From Octopus vulgaris (lineage: Eukaryota): a DNA stretch of 64,000 nt. The stretch is from positions 49,910,001 to 49,974,000 of the forward strand of contig OX597832.1 in assembly GCA_951406725.2 (NCBI GenBank), given 5' to 3'. The position numbers and the translations under genes are program-made. The notes under the pieces are model-generated. The model searched no databases. It worked only from the letters and a program-made list of their open reading frames with translations, and had not been told where the DNA came from. Position 1 is the first letter of the stretch, and each line of letters starts with the position of its first letter. Positions 1-14,327 of the stretch are shown piece by piece.

Positions 1-332
1 GAAAAACACTCAGTAAAGAAACACAGACATATCTATCTAATCTACCCCATTCTGTGTTTGTTCTAGAAGTGACATTGTCCTCGTTTGTCGTCTATCTTTA
101 GACATTAGTCTGTCTTTCTTTCTCTCTTCATGTCCAATAAAACACCTTTACTCGTTCTTTTCCTCTCTGTCTGTCTCACAGACTTAAACTCCCCTTCCTT
201 TTTTGCCCTTATCTCTACGTAACACAACTATCTTTTCTCATGCTTCTTCTCCTCAGAAAAGGTTTAAATTATTCGTTACGTTTTGTCCATTTCTATACTT
301 CTCTTAGAAATATATCTCTTTCGTGTAACAGA

Positions 333-731
333 GGCGCAGGAGTGGCTGTGTGGTAAGTAGCTTGCTTACCAACCACACGGTTCCGGGTTCAGTCCCACTG
401 CGTGGCATCTTGGGCAAGTGTCTTCTGCTATAGCCTCGGGCCGACCAAAGCCTTGTGAGTGGGTTTGGTAGACGGAAACTGAAAGAAGCCTGTCGTATAT
501 ATGTATATATAAATATGTATGTGTATGTTTGTGTGTCTGTGTTTGTCCCCCTAGCATTGCTTGACAACCGATGCTGGTGTGTTTACGTCCCCGTCACTTA
601 GCGGTTCGGCAAAAGAGACCGATAGAATAAGTACTGAGCTTACAAAGAATTAAGTCCCGGGGTCGATTTGCTCGACTAAAGGCGGTGCTCCAGCATGGCC
701 GCAGTCAAATGACTGAAACAAGTAAAAGAGT
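333..731 (+). mobile_element. tRNA-derived SINE family A (about 400 bp, internal (TA)n(TG)n)
   Basis: A-box TGGCTGTGTGG, B-box GGTTCAGTCCC and a CORE-like ttgggcaagt. Copies at about 4160-4549+, 6342-6740+, 11222-11628-, 24090-24377-, 25195-25622+, 26137-26537+, 26674-27040+, 34053-34439-, 39807-40174-, 42079-42458-, 44074-44496-, 44534-44918+, 52050-52405+, 57617-57998- and 62334-62730+. Confidence 0.85.
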
Positions 732-1013
732 ATATAGTTAAATAGCACTTCTCACTTTCTTTTCGTATATATTCTTCAAATGTAAAATGTGAGTGGAATG
801 CACAAAGTTTACATTTCTTGGATTACGAAAGCAAATTGTTATTTTCTTATTAAAACAATAAAATGCCTGTCTTCTACTTAAAGCAGAGGCCAACAGCAGA
901 AGCCTACCACACACATCACAAGCAAACCAACTGGCTGTCTCAATCCTGTAGTTTTATGAAATTATCTCCCTTAGATTTGCAGCCTTGGCATTTGACTTTT
1001 TTTTAACGTTTAA

Positions 1014-1397
1014 CTAGCAGTATTGCTCGGGTTTGTTTCGACCCTTTAGAATTGGAATTTTTGAAAAGTAAAATTTTTGCATTATGTAGCTTGTTATTCT
1101 CTTCAAGTGAACATTTTTCTGGTTGAAATATACCGAAAAATGGCGACACAGCAGTAAAAAAAATCGTAAAAATTAGGTATTTTCATAGTAAAAAAGTACC
1201 TTTTTGATGTAAATAATTTTTGGTGTTAACATGTTCCGATTTGAATTTTTCCTACTACGGAAGGAAGAGCAAGCTTTCTTCTATCATACTCTCAATTTTG
1301 GTCAACATGCGTCGCAGTGTCTCGGAGGAGATAGTGTTAGTTGAAGGCTACCAAACCTGCCAACACAGACAACTTCAGCTTTATGTATATATAGAGA
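1014..1397 (-). mobile_element. Non-autonomous Helitron
   Basis: On the minus strand it starts TCTCTATATATACATAAAG and ends cccgagcaatactgCTAG. Confidence 0.75.
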
Positions 1398-4300
1398 TTT
1401 TGATCCATCGTTTTAACGTCTAATTTTCCCTGCTTGCATGGGTCAGAAGGAGTTTACTGAGGCCGATTTCCTATAGCCAGATGCCCCTCCTGTTGCCAAC
1501 CCTGACCTGTTTTCAAACTAGATAAGAGTTCCCCATGGCCAGTTATGTTCTTGCAAAAATACTAGAAATGAATGACACTGCTTGTATGGCAGGGACACCA
1601 CTATCAATTATAAGAGAATGTGCAACCTATAGCAAAAATCACCACTGACATAATATATGACTGATTTAAACCATCACTGCCTGTTCATTTTTTTTTTCAT
1701 GCTGGTATGGGTTAGAGACTTGATGTTGGAAGACCTCAAATGCATGAGGACTAGTTGCACAGAAAAAGAGACTATACCGGCAGAAGCTTGCAACCTTAAA
1801 TATCTCACAACATAGGAGAAACTAAGTTTTTTTACAAGAATATGGAACAAACAAATCCAAAGAAGCAGGCTTCATTAGCATAACATACCTAATCTAATGA
1901 ACCTTTCTACTATAGGTAGAAGGTTTGAAATTTGAAGGGGCTAGTCGATTACATTGACTCCAGTGCTCAGCTGGTTTTTATTTTGTTGAGTCTGAAAGGA
2001 TGAAAGGCCAAAGACGACTGTGGCGAAATTTGTCCACAGAATGTAAAAGACAGACGAAATGCTGATGTGTTTAAGTGCCTCATTTTTGTACAAGGACTGA
2101 CAGAAAACAAAGATGCAGAGATACATGCAAGAATTCTCACAAAACTTGAACAAGTAGACCAGAGTTTAACCCTGCAGACAGTTGCAGATGAGTGTCAAAG
2201 AATGGTGAACTTGCGACAGGATGTAAAAAAAATTGAAGAGAAGGATTTCTCACAGGTACAGTCATGTTGACTGGGAAGGAATAAACAAAAAAATATTTGG
2301 TCTGTTGAGGCATGTGGCTTAGTAGTTAGGGTGTTGGACTCATTATCATAAGATTCTGGTTTCAGTTCCTGGACCAGGCGATGCATTGTGTTCTTGGGCA
2401 AAATACTTAATTTCAGGTTGCTCCAGTTTTACCCAGCTGGCAAAAATGAGTAACCCTGCAATGGACCAGCATCCCATCCAAGTGGGGAATATGTCACAGA
2501 AACCAGCCCTATGAGTCTGTATGACCTGGAAAGGAGCTTTATCTAAATCTTTACATAGTTTGTATGGTGTTGTGGTGAGAGTCATGACACCCCCTGTGAG
2601 AATGGACTGACTGAACGACTGTAAATAGTAATGGTCTGAGTGAGATAAGAGAGAGTAGGCCTTGTGCCAAAATTTGAAACTAATACTACTTTAGGGATGA
2701 CTAGCAGTACAACCTGGCTTTGCCCGGGATTAAGTTAGGATTATTAAGCTAATCAAGTTATTTCAAACCAAATTAAGTAACATCGACATCAAATTTGGGG
2801 AAAATCCGTTGAAATTGGTTTATTTATATATATATAAATATACATATATATATGGGCAACACACACACATGTACGTAGGTACACCTATTGCATACGTTTT
2901 TTGTACTCATACATGTTCGTGTGTGTGTGTTGCCCGTAATATCAACAAAACACTTTTTTCCTCCATGGAAAAAAAACAACAAAAGTCTTAACAAAAACTT
3001 ACTCGTCACTAGCAGGGGACTTAACTCCTGTTTGTGAACAAAGGTGATTTCTCCGACCTGAAAATTGTTAAAAGTTTTGGTTGAAAATTAATTTTTACTG
3101 CTATTCGCTGGTGCCTCTGGGAAAAATAAGTTGACAAAAATACAGCTAGGGTCATAACGAATGTCCTCCTAAAATTGGAGCGACATGTGTGCTAATTTGT
3201 GGACGTGCATAAATTACATTCATGTACACACACACATGCCTCCTGCATACGCACACATGTACATAGACACATGCCTGTACATATATATACTTATTACATG
3301 CATACACACATACAAGCACAGAAATGTATATACACTCACACTTACATGAAAATATGATAAACTGTTAAAAAAAAGACAGTATTAACTACAGGAGGAATTT
3401 AAATTATTCTTGTTTAATATTTTTAATTTAAATAATATTTATTTAATAATCTCATTCAAAAAGCATAAATTTAACAAGGGTGACCCGTTTCATATACATA
3501 TTATACATCATCAATATTATTTCAAGGTTTGTTTTTTGCTTTGTATGGAATTCACCTAAATTACATTTTTTTGGGGTAAGAAACACAAAGAAGTGGGTTT
3601 GTAAAGTGTTTAAATTTTCATGCTTTGTGTATGTGTGTGTGTGTTTGTGTTAATATTTAATATACACACACATACACATGAACATACATAGTTACTTAGT
3701 TACCTCCATTAGTCAAAGGTGAAACTTGAAGGTTACAGTCAACTTTTTACATACCTACCTACACACACACAAATATATATATACATACATATATATACAT
3801 AAGGTGGTACCCCAGCATGACTGAAACAAGTAAAAGATATGATATATATATATATATATTTATATTTATGTTTGTGTGTGTAAATAGATAGATATACACA
3901 CATACACATATATACACAAACACATATACATGCATATACACACATATATGCGCACATACATATACTTGCACTGTGTTAGACCATCTGGCTTTGGAGAAAT
4001 TTCAGCAGAATACATCCTGTTGCAAGAATCTAGGTCAAGTTTCCATTCTTACAAATAGCTTCTTTTCTTCCATGTTTGTAGGAGACCCTGAAAATGGTCA
4101 TGCATGCTATCCTTTCTGCTCTGAACTACAGGATAAACAGGAAAAAAATGTGTAGCTACAGGCACAGGAGTGGCTGTGTGGTAAGTAGCTTGTTTGCCAA
4201 TCACATGGTTCCAGGTTCAGTCCCACTGCGTGGCACTTTGGGCAAGTGTCTTCTACTATTACCTCGGGCCAACCAAAGCCTTGTGAGTGGACTTGGTAGA

Positions 4301-4928
4301 CGGAAACTGAAAGAAGCCCGTCATATATATATATATATATTTGTGTGTCTGTGTTTGTCCCCTCACCATTGCTAGACAACCGATGTTGGTGTGTTTACGT
4401 CCCTGAAACTTAAAGTTTCAGCAAAAGAGACTGATAGAATAAGTACTAGGCTTACAAAGAATAAGCCCTGGGGTCAATTTGTTTGACTAAAAGTGGTGCT
4501 CCAGCATGGCCGCAGTCAAATGACTGAAACAAATAAAAGAATATAAGAGTAAGCAAACAAGAAAATGTGAGGAGTTGGGTCTGCAGTTTCAGTGATTTTA
4601 GCATTTGACCCTTTACTTCTCGTATTAATGGTCTCAGGGAAGTGATGGGACGTTTACAAATGCTTATTCACCATTATCATCATATATAAACTTGTGGCTG
4701 TAATTCTAGCATCCAATCCAGCTTCCCATTACATATGGGTGTGGCCCTGAGATACCTACTCTAAGTATATTATTAATTAATTATTACTGTTATTTTTGGG
4801 CTGAGATTTTCATCGGCTCCTCTTGCCTCTCACTACAGATAGAGTAATAGTGTATATCATATAAGTTAAGAAGCTCTCCCTCTCTCTCTCTCTGTATATA
4901 TATATATTTCTGTGTTTCTTCTCTGTGT

Positions 4929-4968
4929 ATCTTTCTGTTGAAGAGCGTAGGCTCGAAATGTTAAAGAC
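4929..4968 (+). ncRNA. Degenerate minimal hammerhead motif in a Penelope-like repeat
   Basis: tcttt CTGTTGA a gag-cgtagg-ctc GAAA tgtta aaga. Stems I and II are present, but the core deviates (A6 to U). Confidence 0.5.
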
Positions 4969-5447
4969 TTGTTTTATTTATATTTCCTGAGCGCCATACT
5001 AATACAATTGTTTGTTTGTATTCCACCTGCCTTCGTCTTTTGTTTATTTCCGTAAACCTGCCTTCGTCTTTTGTCTATTTTCATAAAGCTTCCCGTTATA
5101 TATATATATATATATGCAGAGAGAGAGAGAGAGAGAGAGAGAAAGGGAGAGAGTTAATCTCTCATTCAGAAAATGGAATTAAGAAATTAATTCCAGGAAT
5201 CTTTTTGAGGTTTTATGAAAAGATTAGCCTCTAAAATATTTGTGGCTTGAAAAAAGGACCGAGAAAAAAAAATTATAATTAACAAATATTATTATAACTA
5301 ATTTCTTTAGACGAATTAGAGTAGTTTTTTTTCTACGTCTAATTAACCAGAGCAACACAGCTGTTGACACCAAGTGTCTATATGGAAGGGAGGTAACTCT
5401 CATCAGGAGTGTGTATGCTGGGATGAGGGGGGGCGGGGGGCACGGGA

Positions 5448-5617
5448 CTAACTCTCTCGACTGGGTTCAGATGCAAGAAAACTAGCTTCTAGTTTCTGTA
5501 GTTCTTCATGTAACGTCAGGCCGCTTTTCCACACGTTTTTTATCTTCTCACTTTTTCCCTGCACCGAAGCTGCACCTAAAACAGCTCCTAATGCTGCACC
5601 ACGATGACAGTTCTCAC
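5448..5617 (-). CDS. ADP-ribosylglycohydrolase-family gene, last exon (GENCHRGAALGAVLGAASVQG...SRES*)
   Basis: Acceptor ttgcag; completes the GGENCHRGAxLGAxLGA C-terminal ARH motif; TAG at 5448-5450. The summed CDS is 1410 nt (469 aa plus stop). Not present in the ORF track. Confidence 0.9.
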
Positions 5618-6928
5618 CTGCAATCAAAGAGGATAAAAATTTAAGATTTAAAAAAAAAAAAAAGTATTTATATAATTTAGTTTTTTACAACATGTGTTTA
5701 TATATATATATATATAAATGGCACCTGTGCTGGTGGCACACAAAAAGCACCAGCCATATGTGGTCGATGCCAGCGTCACCTTGACTGGCTCCGTACCGGT
5801 GGCATGTAAAAACCACCAACTGATCATGGCCGTTGCCAGCCTCCCCTGGCACCTGTCCCGGTCACTAGTCATTGCCTTGGTGAGGCCCACTGTTCGAAGG
5901 TCATGCTTCACCACCTCATCCCAGGTCTTCCTGGGTCTACCCCTTCCACCATGTTTCAGAATAGTAAATTTGTACTCAACAAAAGTATTGAGTAAGTCAT
6001 CAGATTGATGTGGAATTGTTTTTATTATAACTGAACATAAAAATATAAATTTAAAGAGCTTACTTTGCAACCATGTGATTTCAGGTTCAGTCCCCGATGT
6101 GTGACACCTTACACAAATGTCTTCTACAGTATCCTTGGGTCAACTAATGCCTTGTGAGTGAATTTGGAAGATGGAAACTGTATGGAAGCTTGTCAAGTGT
6201 GTATATCTGTGTGTGTGTGTGTGTGCTTGTCACCCACCACTTGACCACAAGTATTGGTTTGCTTACATCTCTGTAACTTAGCAGTTCAGCAAAAGAGACC
6301 GACAGAATAAATACCAGACTTTAAAAAAAAGCAAATAAATAGGCGCAGGAGTGGCTGTGGTAAGTAATTGCTAACCAACCACATGGTTCTGGGTTCAGTC
6401 CCACTGTGTGGCATCTTGGGCAAGTGTCTTCTGCTATAGCCCTGGGCTGACCAATGCCTTGTGAGTGGATTTGGTAGACGGAAACTGAAAAAAGCCCGTC
6501 GTATATATGTATATATATATATATATATGTATGTGTGTCTGCGTTTGTCCCCCCAACATCGCTTGACAACTGATGCTGGTGTGTTTATGTCCCCGTCACT
6601 TAGCGGTTCGGCAAAAGAGACCAATAGAATAAGTACTGGGCTTACATAGAATAAGTCCCGGGGTCGATTTGCTCAACTAAAGGCGGTGCTCCAGCTTGGC
6701 CGCAGTCAAATGACTGAAACAAGTAAAAGAGTAAAGAGTAAATAACATAAATGCTAAATAAAATCCATAAATATGAGAAAAAACTCCTTCAAAGTTTTGC
6801 CCCAGCATGGCTGCAATCCAATGACTGAAACAAGTGAAAGACAAAAAAAAAAAAAAAAAAGAAACCCAAAAAGATGTATTGTTACTGTTATACATTTTAA
6901 AATATATAAAGCAGCGATGGTTACACAC

Positions 6929-7080
6929 CTCCACTATTGGTGTTGACGTATGTACCACTGTTGAAGTCTTCAGCAAAACACAGCATCAGGTAGAGTAGAG
7001 TTTTCATGGAAGATTCAATGTAGCAGGCTAATCCAAGTGAACTGGTGTTTCTTTGGTGACTTTTTAACGATTTTTCAGTG
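6929..7080 (-). CDS. ADP-ribosylglycohydrolase-family gene, exon 6 (TEKSLK...GLACYIESS...NTNSG)
   Basis: Acceptor ttttacccag and donor G|GTGTGT. 152 nt, phases 2/1. Confidence 0.87.
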
Positions 7081-9981
7081 CTGGGTAAAAAATGAAACAA
7101 TAACAAGACATATATTTCCATTTGAAACATTAAGGTTTCAACATAACCCCGTCCAGATTAGTGCTAGGAAATTAGATTGCTCATGTGTGTATATATATCG
7201 TCATCGTTTAACATCCACTTTCCATGCTCCGAAAACTCATTACATTCATGTGTGTATATATATATATATATATATACATATGAATACATACACATTTAAC
7301 ACATGCATTACACATACATACATACTAGCATTTACACACACACACATCGTCAGTAGTTCATGTATCTGAAACTGAAGTACATTCTAAAGCGTTAGAGCAG
7401 TAATGTATTTTTAGGAAGTAAAAAGTTATGACTGGTTCTAGAGTAACCATTGGTTTCGCACCCATAAAGTACTTAACAGTATAGGGAACTCATATATATA
7501 TATCATCATCATCATCATTTAACGTCTGCTTTCCATGCTAGCATGGGTTGGATGATTTGACTGAGGACTGGAAAACCAGATGGCCGCACCAGGCTCCAAT
7601 TTGATCTGGCAGTGTTTCTGCAGCTGGATGTCCTTCCTAGTGCCAACCACACTCCGAGAGTGTTGTGGGTGCTTTTACATGCCACCAGCACGAGGGCCAG
7701 TCAGGCAGTACTGTCAATGGCCATGCTCAAATGGTGTTTTTTACGTGCCAGCTGCACAGGAGCCAGTCCAGCAGCACTGGCAACAACCTCACTCGAATGC
7801 TTTTTCACATGCCACTGGCATGAGCCAGTAAGGCAACGCTGGTAACGATCACGCTCGAATGGTGCTTTTTACATGCAACCGGCACGGAAGCCAGTTTGCT
7901 GCTCTGACAAAGATCACGCTTGGATGGTGCTCTTAGTGCTCCACTAGCATGGATGCCAGTCATCGAATTTGATTTCGATGAGATATATGTGTATACAAAT
8001 ATATGTGTATATCACCAGTAGTTCATATATCCAAAAAGGAAACATACTCTAAAACATTAGAGCAGTAATATATATATTTTTTTAGGAAGTTAAAAGTTAT
8101 GGCTGGCCATAGAGTGACCATTGGTCTTGGACCTATAAAGTGCTTAGCAGTATAGGCGACTCATCAGACTCAAAAGGCTGAAGGCTCATAACTTCCCTAG
8201 AAAGGAGAAAGAAATATTTAATAGTCATGAAAAAAACATCCAGCACACTCTGTAAAGTGGTTGGTCATATATTTCCTCTGCAGTAAAGGGACCAGTTCTA
8301 GATCCTCTCACATACTTTAACCTTCTCATCACCCAGCATAAAACCACCTCCCTCAATACTACACCCCACTACTCAGTTGTGGGGTTCTGTCTTGTGAGTT
8401 ACTTGGTGACATCACCAGTGCTGGTGCCATGAAAAAAGTACCCAGTATGCTCTGTAAAGTGGTTGGTATTGGGAAGGACATCATCATCATCGTTTAGTGT
8501 CCGCTTTCCATTCTAGCATGGGTTGGACGGTTCAACTGGGGGTCTGGGAAGCCAGAAGGCTGCACCAGGCCCAGTCTGATCTGGCAATGTTTCTACAGCT
8601 GGATGCCCTTCCTAACGCCAACCACTCCGTGAGCGTAGTGGGTGCTTTTTACGTGCCAGACGAGGCTGGCAAACGGCCACAATCGGATGGTGCTTTTTAC
8701 GTGCCACCGGTACAGAGGCCAGTCGGGGCGGCGCTGGCAACGGCCATGTTCGGATGGTTCTCTTACATGCCACCGGCTGTAGAAATCATGTCAACGCAAA
8801 CACTAGAGCTTGGTGTAATTTTTCTGGCTTATCAGTTACGGTTGAATCGTCCAACCCATGTCAGCATGGAAAAGGGACATTAAATGATGAAGATGATGAT
8901 GCTGATGTACAAACTATCATCATCATTGTTTTAATGTCCACCTTTCCATACTTGCATGGGCTGGATGGAATTTGTTGAGGTGGACTTTTATGACCAGATG
9001 TTCTTCCTGTCACCAGTTCACATCCAATCACCAGAGTTAAGCAATATCAAGCCTCGTCAATACTTAGATGGGTGACTTCTTGGGAAGCCTAGGTACTGTA
9101 AACAGCTCACAATTGTCCAACCCATGCCAGCATGGACAATGGACATTAAATGACAATGATGATGATGATGATGATATGTCTATATATTTCAGTTTCTTAT
9201 TTCTTTATTGCCCACAAGGGGCTAAACATAGAGGGTACAAACAAGGACAGACAAAGGGATTAAGTCGATTACATCGACCCCAGTGCGTAACTGGTACTTA
9301 ATTTATCAACCCCAAAAGGATGAAAGACAAAGACGACCTCTGCAGAATTTGAACTCAGAGCGTAAAGACAGACGAAATACCACTAAGCATTTTGCCCGGC
9401 ATGCTAACGTTTCATATTTCTTTATTACCCACAAGGGGCTAAACAAGGACAGACAAAGGGATTAAGTCGATTACATTGACCCCCCAGTGCATAACTGGTA
9501 CTTAATTTATCGACCCTGAAAAGATGAAATACAAAGTCGACCTCAGAGCGTAAAAACAGACGAAATACCGCTAAACATTTCGCTAATGTTTCTGCCAGCT
9601 CGCCACCTTTCAGTTTCTGTCCACCAAATCCACTCACAAGGCTCTTGTTCACTTGGTGCTATAGGAAACGACACTCGCCCAAGGTGCCATGCAATGGAAC
9701 TAAACCCAGAATCATATGGCCGGGACGCAAACTTTGTACCACACAGCCATGCCTGTGTGACCACACTCACACACACACGCCTCTCAGTCTTACCCAGGTC
9801 TGTCGCCAGATTTTAGTGCCTGGGGGTGTTTCAGAATATTCTGGATGAGCACTAATTTGCAATAATGCTAAAGTGGAGTTTCAAAATAAGGGTATCACTG
9901 TAAATCTGAGGGTGCACCATTGAATACTGATGGGGGCAGTACTGTCCGGTGCAACCCCTTAGTGAAGGGCATGGGTCTTAC

Positions 9982-10296
9982 CTGCTTACTTGATCTGCTA
10001 AATGTAACATCATGTGTCTGTTGTCGTGGCCTCCCAACGAAGCGTGTGCCAGTATTTTTCTTACTTCAGATCCCAAATCAAACCCGTTCAAGGTGGCGTG
10101 AAACAGTCGGGAGTACATGTCAACAAAGGGAATCAGGGATTGAACTGGGTGCGTTAACTTGATGAATTCAACTGCTGTCTGTGCACACTCGTCTTCGGTT
10201 TTGCCGGCATTGCGTAGAACCCAAGGCAAAACCAATACTAAAGCCCCGATGCTCGCCAGTTGGCTATCAGGTGGTCGAGATAAAATTTGCCGCGAT
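9982..10296 (-). CDS. ADP-ribosylglycohydrolase-family gene, exon 5 (SRQILSRPPDSQLASIGALV...KLTHP...ADQVS)
   Basis: Acceptor tatttcag and donor AG|GTAAGA. 315 nt, phases 2/2. Contains the ARH LTH motif. Confidence 0.9.
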
Positions 10297-10378
10297 CTGA
10301 AATAGATTTATGCATTTTGTTATCTATCAATCAATCCATCTATAATCTATATATACATATCTGTTATCTTTCTACCTA

Positions 10379-10410
<32 letters not shown>

Positions 10411-12157
10411 CATACTTTATAATTAGGGTTCAGCAAAGATTTGCTTCACCACATACTGTAGTTTAGAAATAGCAGTAAAAAAATCTTAGCTATTCCTTAA
10501 GTATTACTTAAGCTTACCATGAAATGGTCTTTCATGCCGAATTCTACTTGGTGAAATTACTGATTACTTTTTAATTAATTAATTTTACCCTTTGTTATTA
10601 TTTTATATATATATATATAGTATTTAATCATATCAAAGGGAAATGGAAATTAATTAAAATTTACATTTCCAGTGGTCTAACGTGTAAAAAAATTTAGTCA
10701 AAAAGACTATATATTAGTCATACGATATAGTGTATATTTATACACATAAGGAATCCCCTTATAGGAATTCTACACGCTAGAAAGAACAGCTAGGTTCTAT
10801 AACCACAAAAATTGGGGATAAAATTCAACAGGAATAAATTTGGAAATGAAAAATATTTACCACTTAATTTCCTGGACCAATTGGTTTCTGATCTTCTTTT
10901 AGCGAGTCAAGAACTCACTAGGTCTGATCTTCTTCAGTTCCAACCTAGGGTTAAATATATACACACGCCTCGCCTGGCACCTGTGCAGGTGGCACGTAAA
11001 AAGCACCCACTACACTCACAGAGTGGTTGGCGTTAGGAAGGGCATCCAGCGGTAGAAACACTGCCAGATAAGACTGGAGCCTGGTGCAGCCTTCTGGCTT
11101 CCCAGATCCCCGGTCGAACCGTCCAACCCATGCTAGCATGGAGAACGGACGTTAAACGATGATGATGATGATGATGATGATGATGAGACAAACAAAACTA
11201 CTTGTCTCATGTTTATACTTTCTTTACTCTCTTTTACTTGTTTCAGTCATTTGACTGCGGCCATGCTGGAGCACCGCCTTTAGTCGAGCAACTTGACCCC
11301 GGGACTTATTACTTTGTAAGCCCAGTACTTATTCTATCGGTCTCTTTTGCCGAACCGCTAAGTAACGGGGACATAAACACACCAGCATCGGTTGTCAAGC
11401 AATGCTAGGGGGACAAACACAGACACACAAACACAAATACACACACGCATATACATATATATACATATATACGACTGGCTTCTTTCAGTTTCCATCTACC
11501 AAATCCACTCACAAGGCTTTGGTCGGCCCGAGGCTATAGTAGAAAACACTTGCCCAAGGTGCCACGCAGTGGGACTGAACCCGGAACCATGTGGTTGGTA
11601 AACAAGCTACTTACCACACAGCCACTCCTAACTTTTCAAATTTTACTGCGCAGTCGCAGTCCTTACAGCAAGTGCGCAGTAAAAGAAGATCAGAAACCAA
11701 CTGGTCCAGGAAACCAGATGGTAAATGTTTTTCATTTGCAAATTTATTCCTGTCGAATTTTATCCCCAATTTTTGTGGCTATAGAACCTAGCTGTTCTTT
11801 CTTGCGTGTCTGTGGAGAGTAATTTCCCTTTTGTGCCTTAAAATGTAACACACTCACTGGTAAAATTTCTACTTATTACTTATTGTCCTTTTCCTAAAAT
11901 TTTCGTTGCGACTTGCAACATTTTCAATAGTCTTGCAAGACGCAACGAAAATTTTAGGAAAATGAAAATAAGAAATAAGTGGAAATTTTACTGGTGAGTG
12001 TGTTAAATTATAAGGCACAAAAAGAAAATGACTCTCCCCAGACTCAACAGAATATGCTTCAACACACGAACTCATATAAAGAATCTTGCAAACCAAATCC
12101 AAAAACGAAATATACATACATACATACATACATATATATATATATATATTCTTTTAC

Positions 12158-12422
12158 CTTCTTTTAGCAAAATCAAAAATGTCTTGTCCCCTTAATGGAG
12201 GGTCAGGAACGGCATTCCAGTCTTTGAAGAACAGCCGATGGAAAGATTCTGCATAAGTGTCATTGTGAGTGTTGGGTGTGGTCATGAAATGGACATAGGA
12301 CTCCAGTACACTGGCCATGACTTCTTGGTCGGACTTTAGTGCCCATGGGTCAGTTTCTTGCATGGTCTGAAGCATTTTCAGAGCGACCAACATATTAAGA
12401 GTATTATCACCTGGCTTCATCC
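12158..12422 (-). CDS. ADP-ribosylglycohydrolase-family gene, exon 4 (GMKPGDNTLN...FMTTPNTHNDTYAESFHRLFF...FAKR)
   Basis: AAG acceptor after a pyrimidine tract and donor AG|GTAAAA. 265 nt, phases 1/2. Motifs GDNTLN and HNDTYAE. Confidence 0.9.
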
Positions 12423-14327
12423 CTTCATGACAGGTAAGGAGAAAGAGAAAAGAAAGGTGGAAAAAAAAAAGAAAATAATTTTTATTATTCAGAAAAATTG
12501 TACTTTTACAAGCATCTTATACAAAACTGATGAAAGTATTCAAGAAAGGGAAGAAGAAGAAACTATATAAATCGTTTTTGTTGTTGTTGGCCTCTGTGCT
12601 GGTGGCATGTAAAAAGCACCATTCGAGTGTGATCGTTACCTGCGTCGCCTTACTGGCACTTGTGCTGGTGGCATGTGAAAAAACATTCGAGTGAGGTCGT
12701 TGCCAGTGCTGCTAGATTGGCTCCTGTGCAGGTGGCACATAAAAAGCACCATTTGAGCGTGGCCCTCGTGCTAGTGGCACATAAAAGCACCCACTACACT
12801 CTCGGAGTGGTTGGCGTTAGGAAGGGCATCCAGCTGTAGAAACTATGCCAGATCAGGTTGGAGTCTGGTGCAGCCATCTGGTTTCCCAGACCTCAGTCAA
12901 ACAGTCCAACCCATGCAAGCATGTAAAGCGGAAATTAAACGATGATGATGATGATGATGTTGGGCTGACTGATTTTGATAACATCTGGGTTCAATTCCTA
13001 GACCAGGTAGCACACTGTGTCCTTGAGCAAGGTTCACCATTTCACACTGCGCCAGTCTACTCTGCTGAAAATGAGTACCAGCCAAGTGCTAGTGGAGCTC
13101 TCTCTTCCTTTGGCTGTTACATCCTTGACGTTCTACTGAGGACAAAAGCCATGAGGAGGGCTGAGAGGATGTCGACATTTGCTTCTGACTACATAGGCAA
13201 CTACAAGTGCTGAAATCACGGTACATACTATCGAGTCATATTCACTTGTGAGTATAATCATCATCTTCACGATCATCGTTTAACGTCTGTTTTCCATGCT
13301 AGCATGGGTTGGACGGTTTGACCGGGGTCTGGGAAACCAAGAGGCTGCACCAGGCTCCAGTCTGATCTGGCAGTGTTTCTACAGCTGGATGCCCTTCCTA
13401 ATGCCAACCACTCCGTGAGTGTAGCGGGTGCTTTTTACGTGCCACCGGCACAGGGGCCAGGTGAGGCTGGCAAATGGCCACGATCGGTTGGTGCTTTTTC
13501 TTTTTTAATACAGTTGAAGTGGCTGTGAGGTTAAGAAGCTTGCTTCCAAACTACATGGTTCTGGGTTCAGTCCCACTGCGTTGCACCTTGGGCAAGTATC
13601 TTTTATTAAAGCCTCGATACCATTTGTTGTTGCTATTGTTGTTCATCCCCAGGTCAGCTCTGAGCAAATATATGATTCTTGAACAGACACAGAGCAGTAT
13701 ATCCCTCTTTATTTCTGAGACCCCCTTTGGTCATGAATGACCATGGCATTGCACCTAGAAATTTACTCTCCCAAACACAAGTCCGGGCAAGGTTGTTTAT
13801 GGAAGACCAGCAGTCACCCATGCATAACGGCCTCCTCTCTCCAAGCCACCAATGTTATCCAAGGGAGAGGCAAAGGGGCCGATACAGCTTGGCACCAGTG
13901 ACATCGCAACTCATTTCTGCAGCTGAGTGAACTGGAGCAATGTGAAATAAAGTGTCTTGCTCAAGAACACAACAGGCAGCCCAGTCCAGGATTCGAGCTC
14001 ACAACCTCATGATTGTAAGCTCGATGCTCTAACCACTGAGCCATGTGCCCTCTTTATTTAACCCTTTACTTTTTGGGTTACTTGGTCCAATGTATTGGTT
14101 ATTCATTCACACTTCTTTTGAATTAATCCTACATTATCGCATAGCTTCAATATTTCCATGATTGCAGAATCTATTTGAGAGGTTGGATCCGGCCAGTTTG
14201 AACATAAAACAAGGAGAATATCAGGTAGAATATATGACTGGCTTAAATGCTAAAGGGTCAAGCTAGTAGAGTGTGATTTGAAGGAGACTTGGCTGCTATT
14301 TTTAGCTGATCAATTGACTGTATTGAG

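Noticed and set aside
5100-5447. SECIS element for a SelJ-like gene
   Set aside because: The reconstructed CDS has no in-frame TGA, and no AUGA/AA/GA stem was recognised.
10868-10945. Minus-strand CTGAAGA...GAAACCAATTGGTC hammerhead-like motif
   Set aside because: Stem I cannot form and stem II would open with an A/A mismatch. The match may come from a local gaagatcaga duplication.
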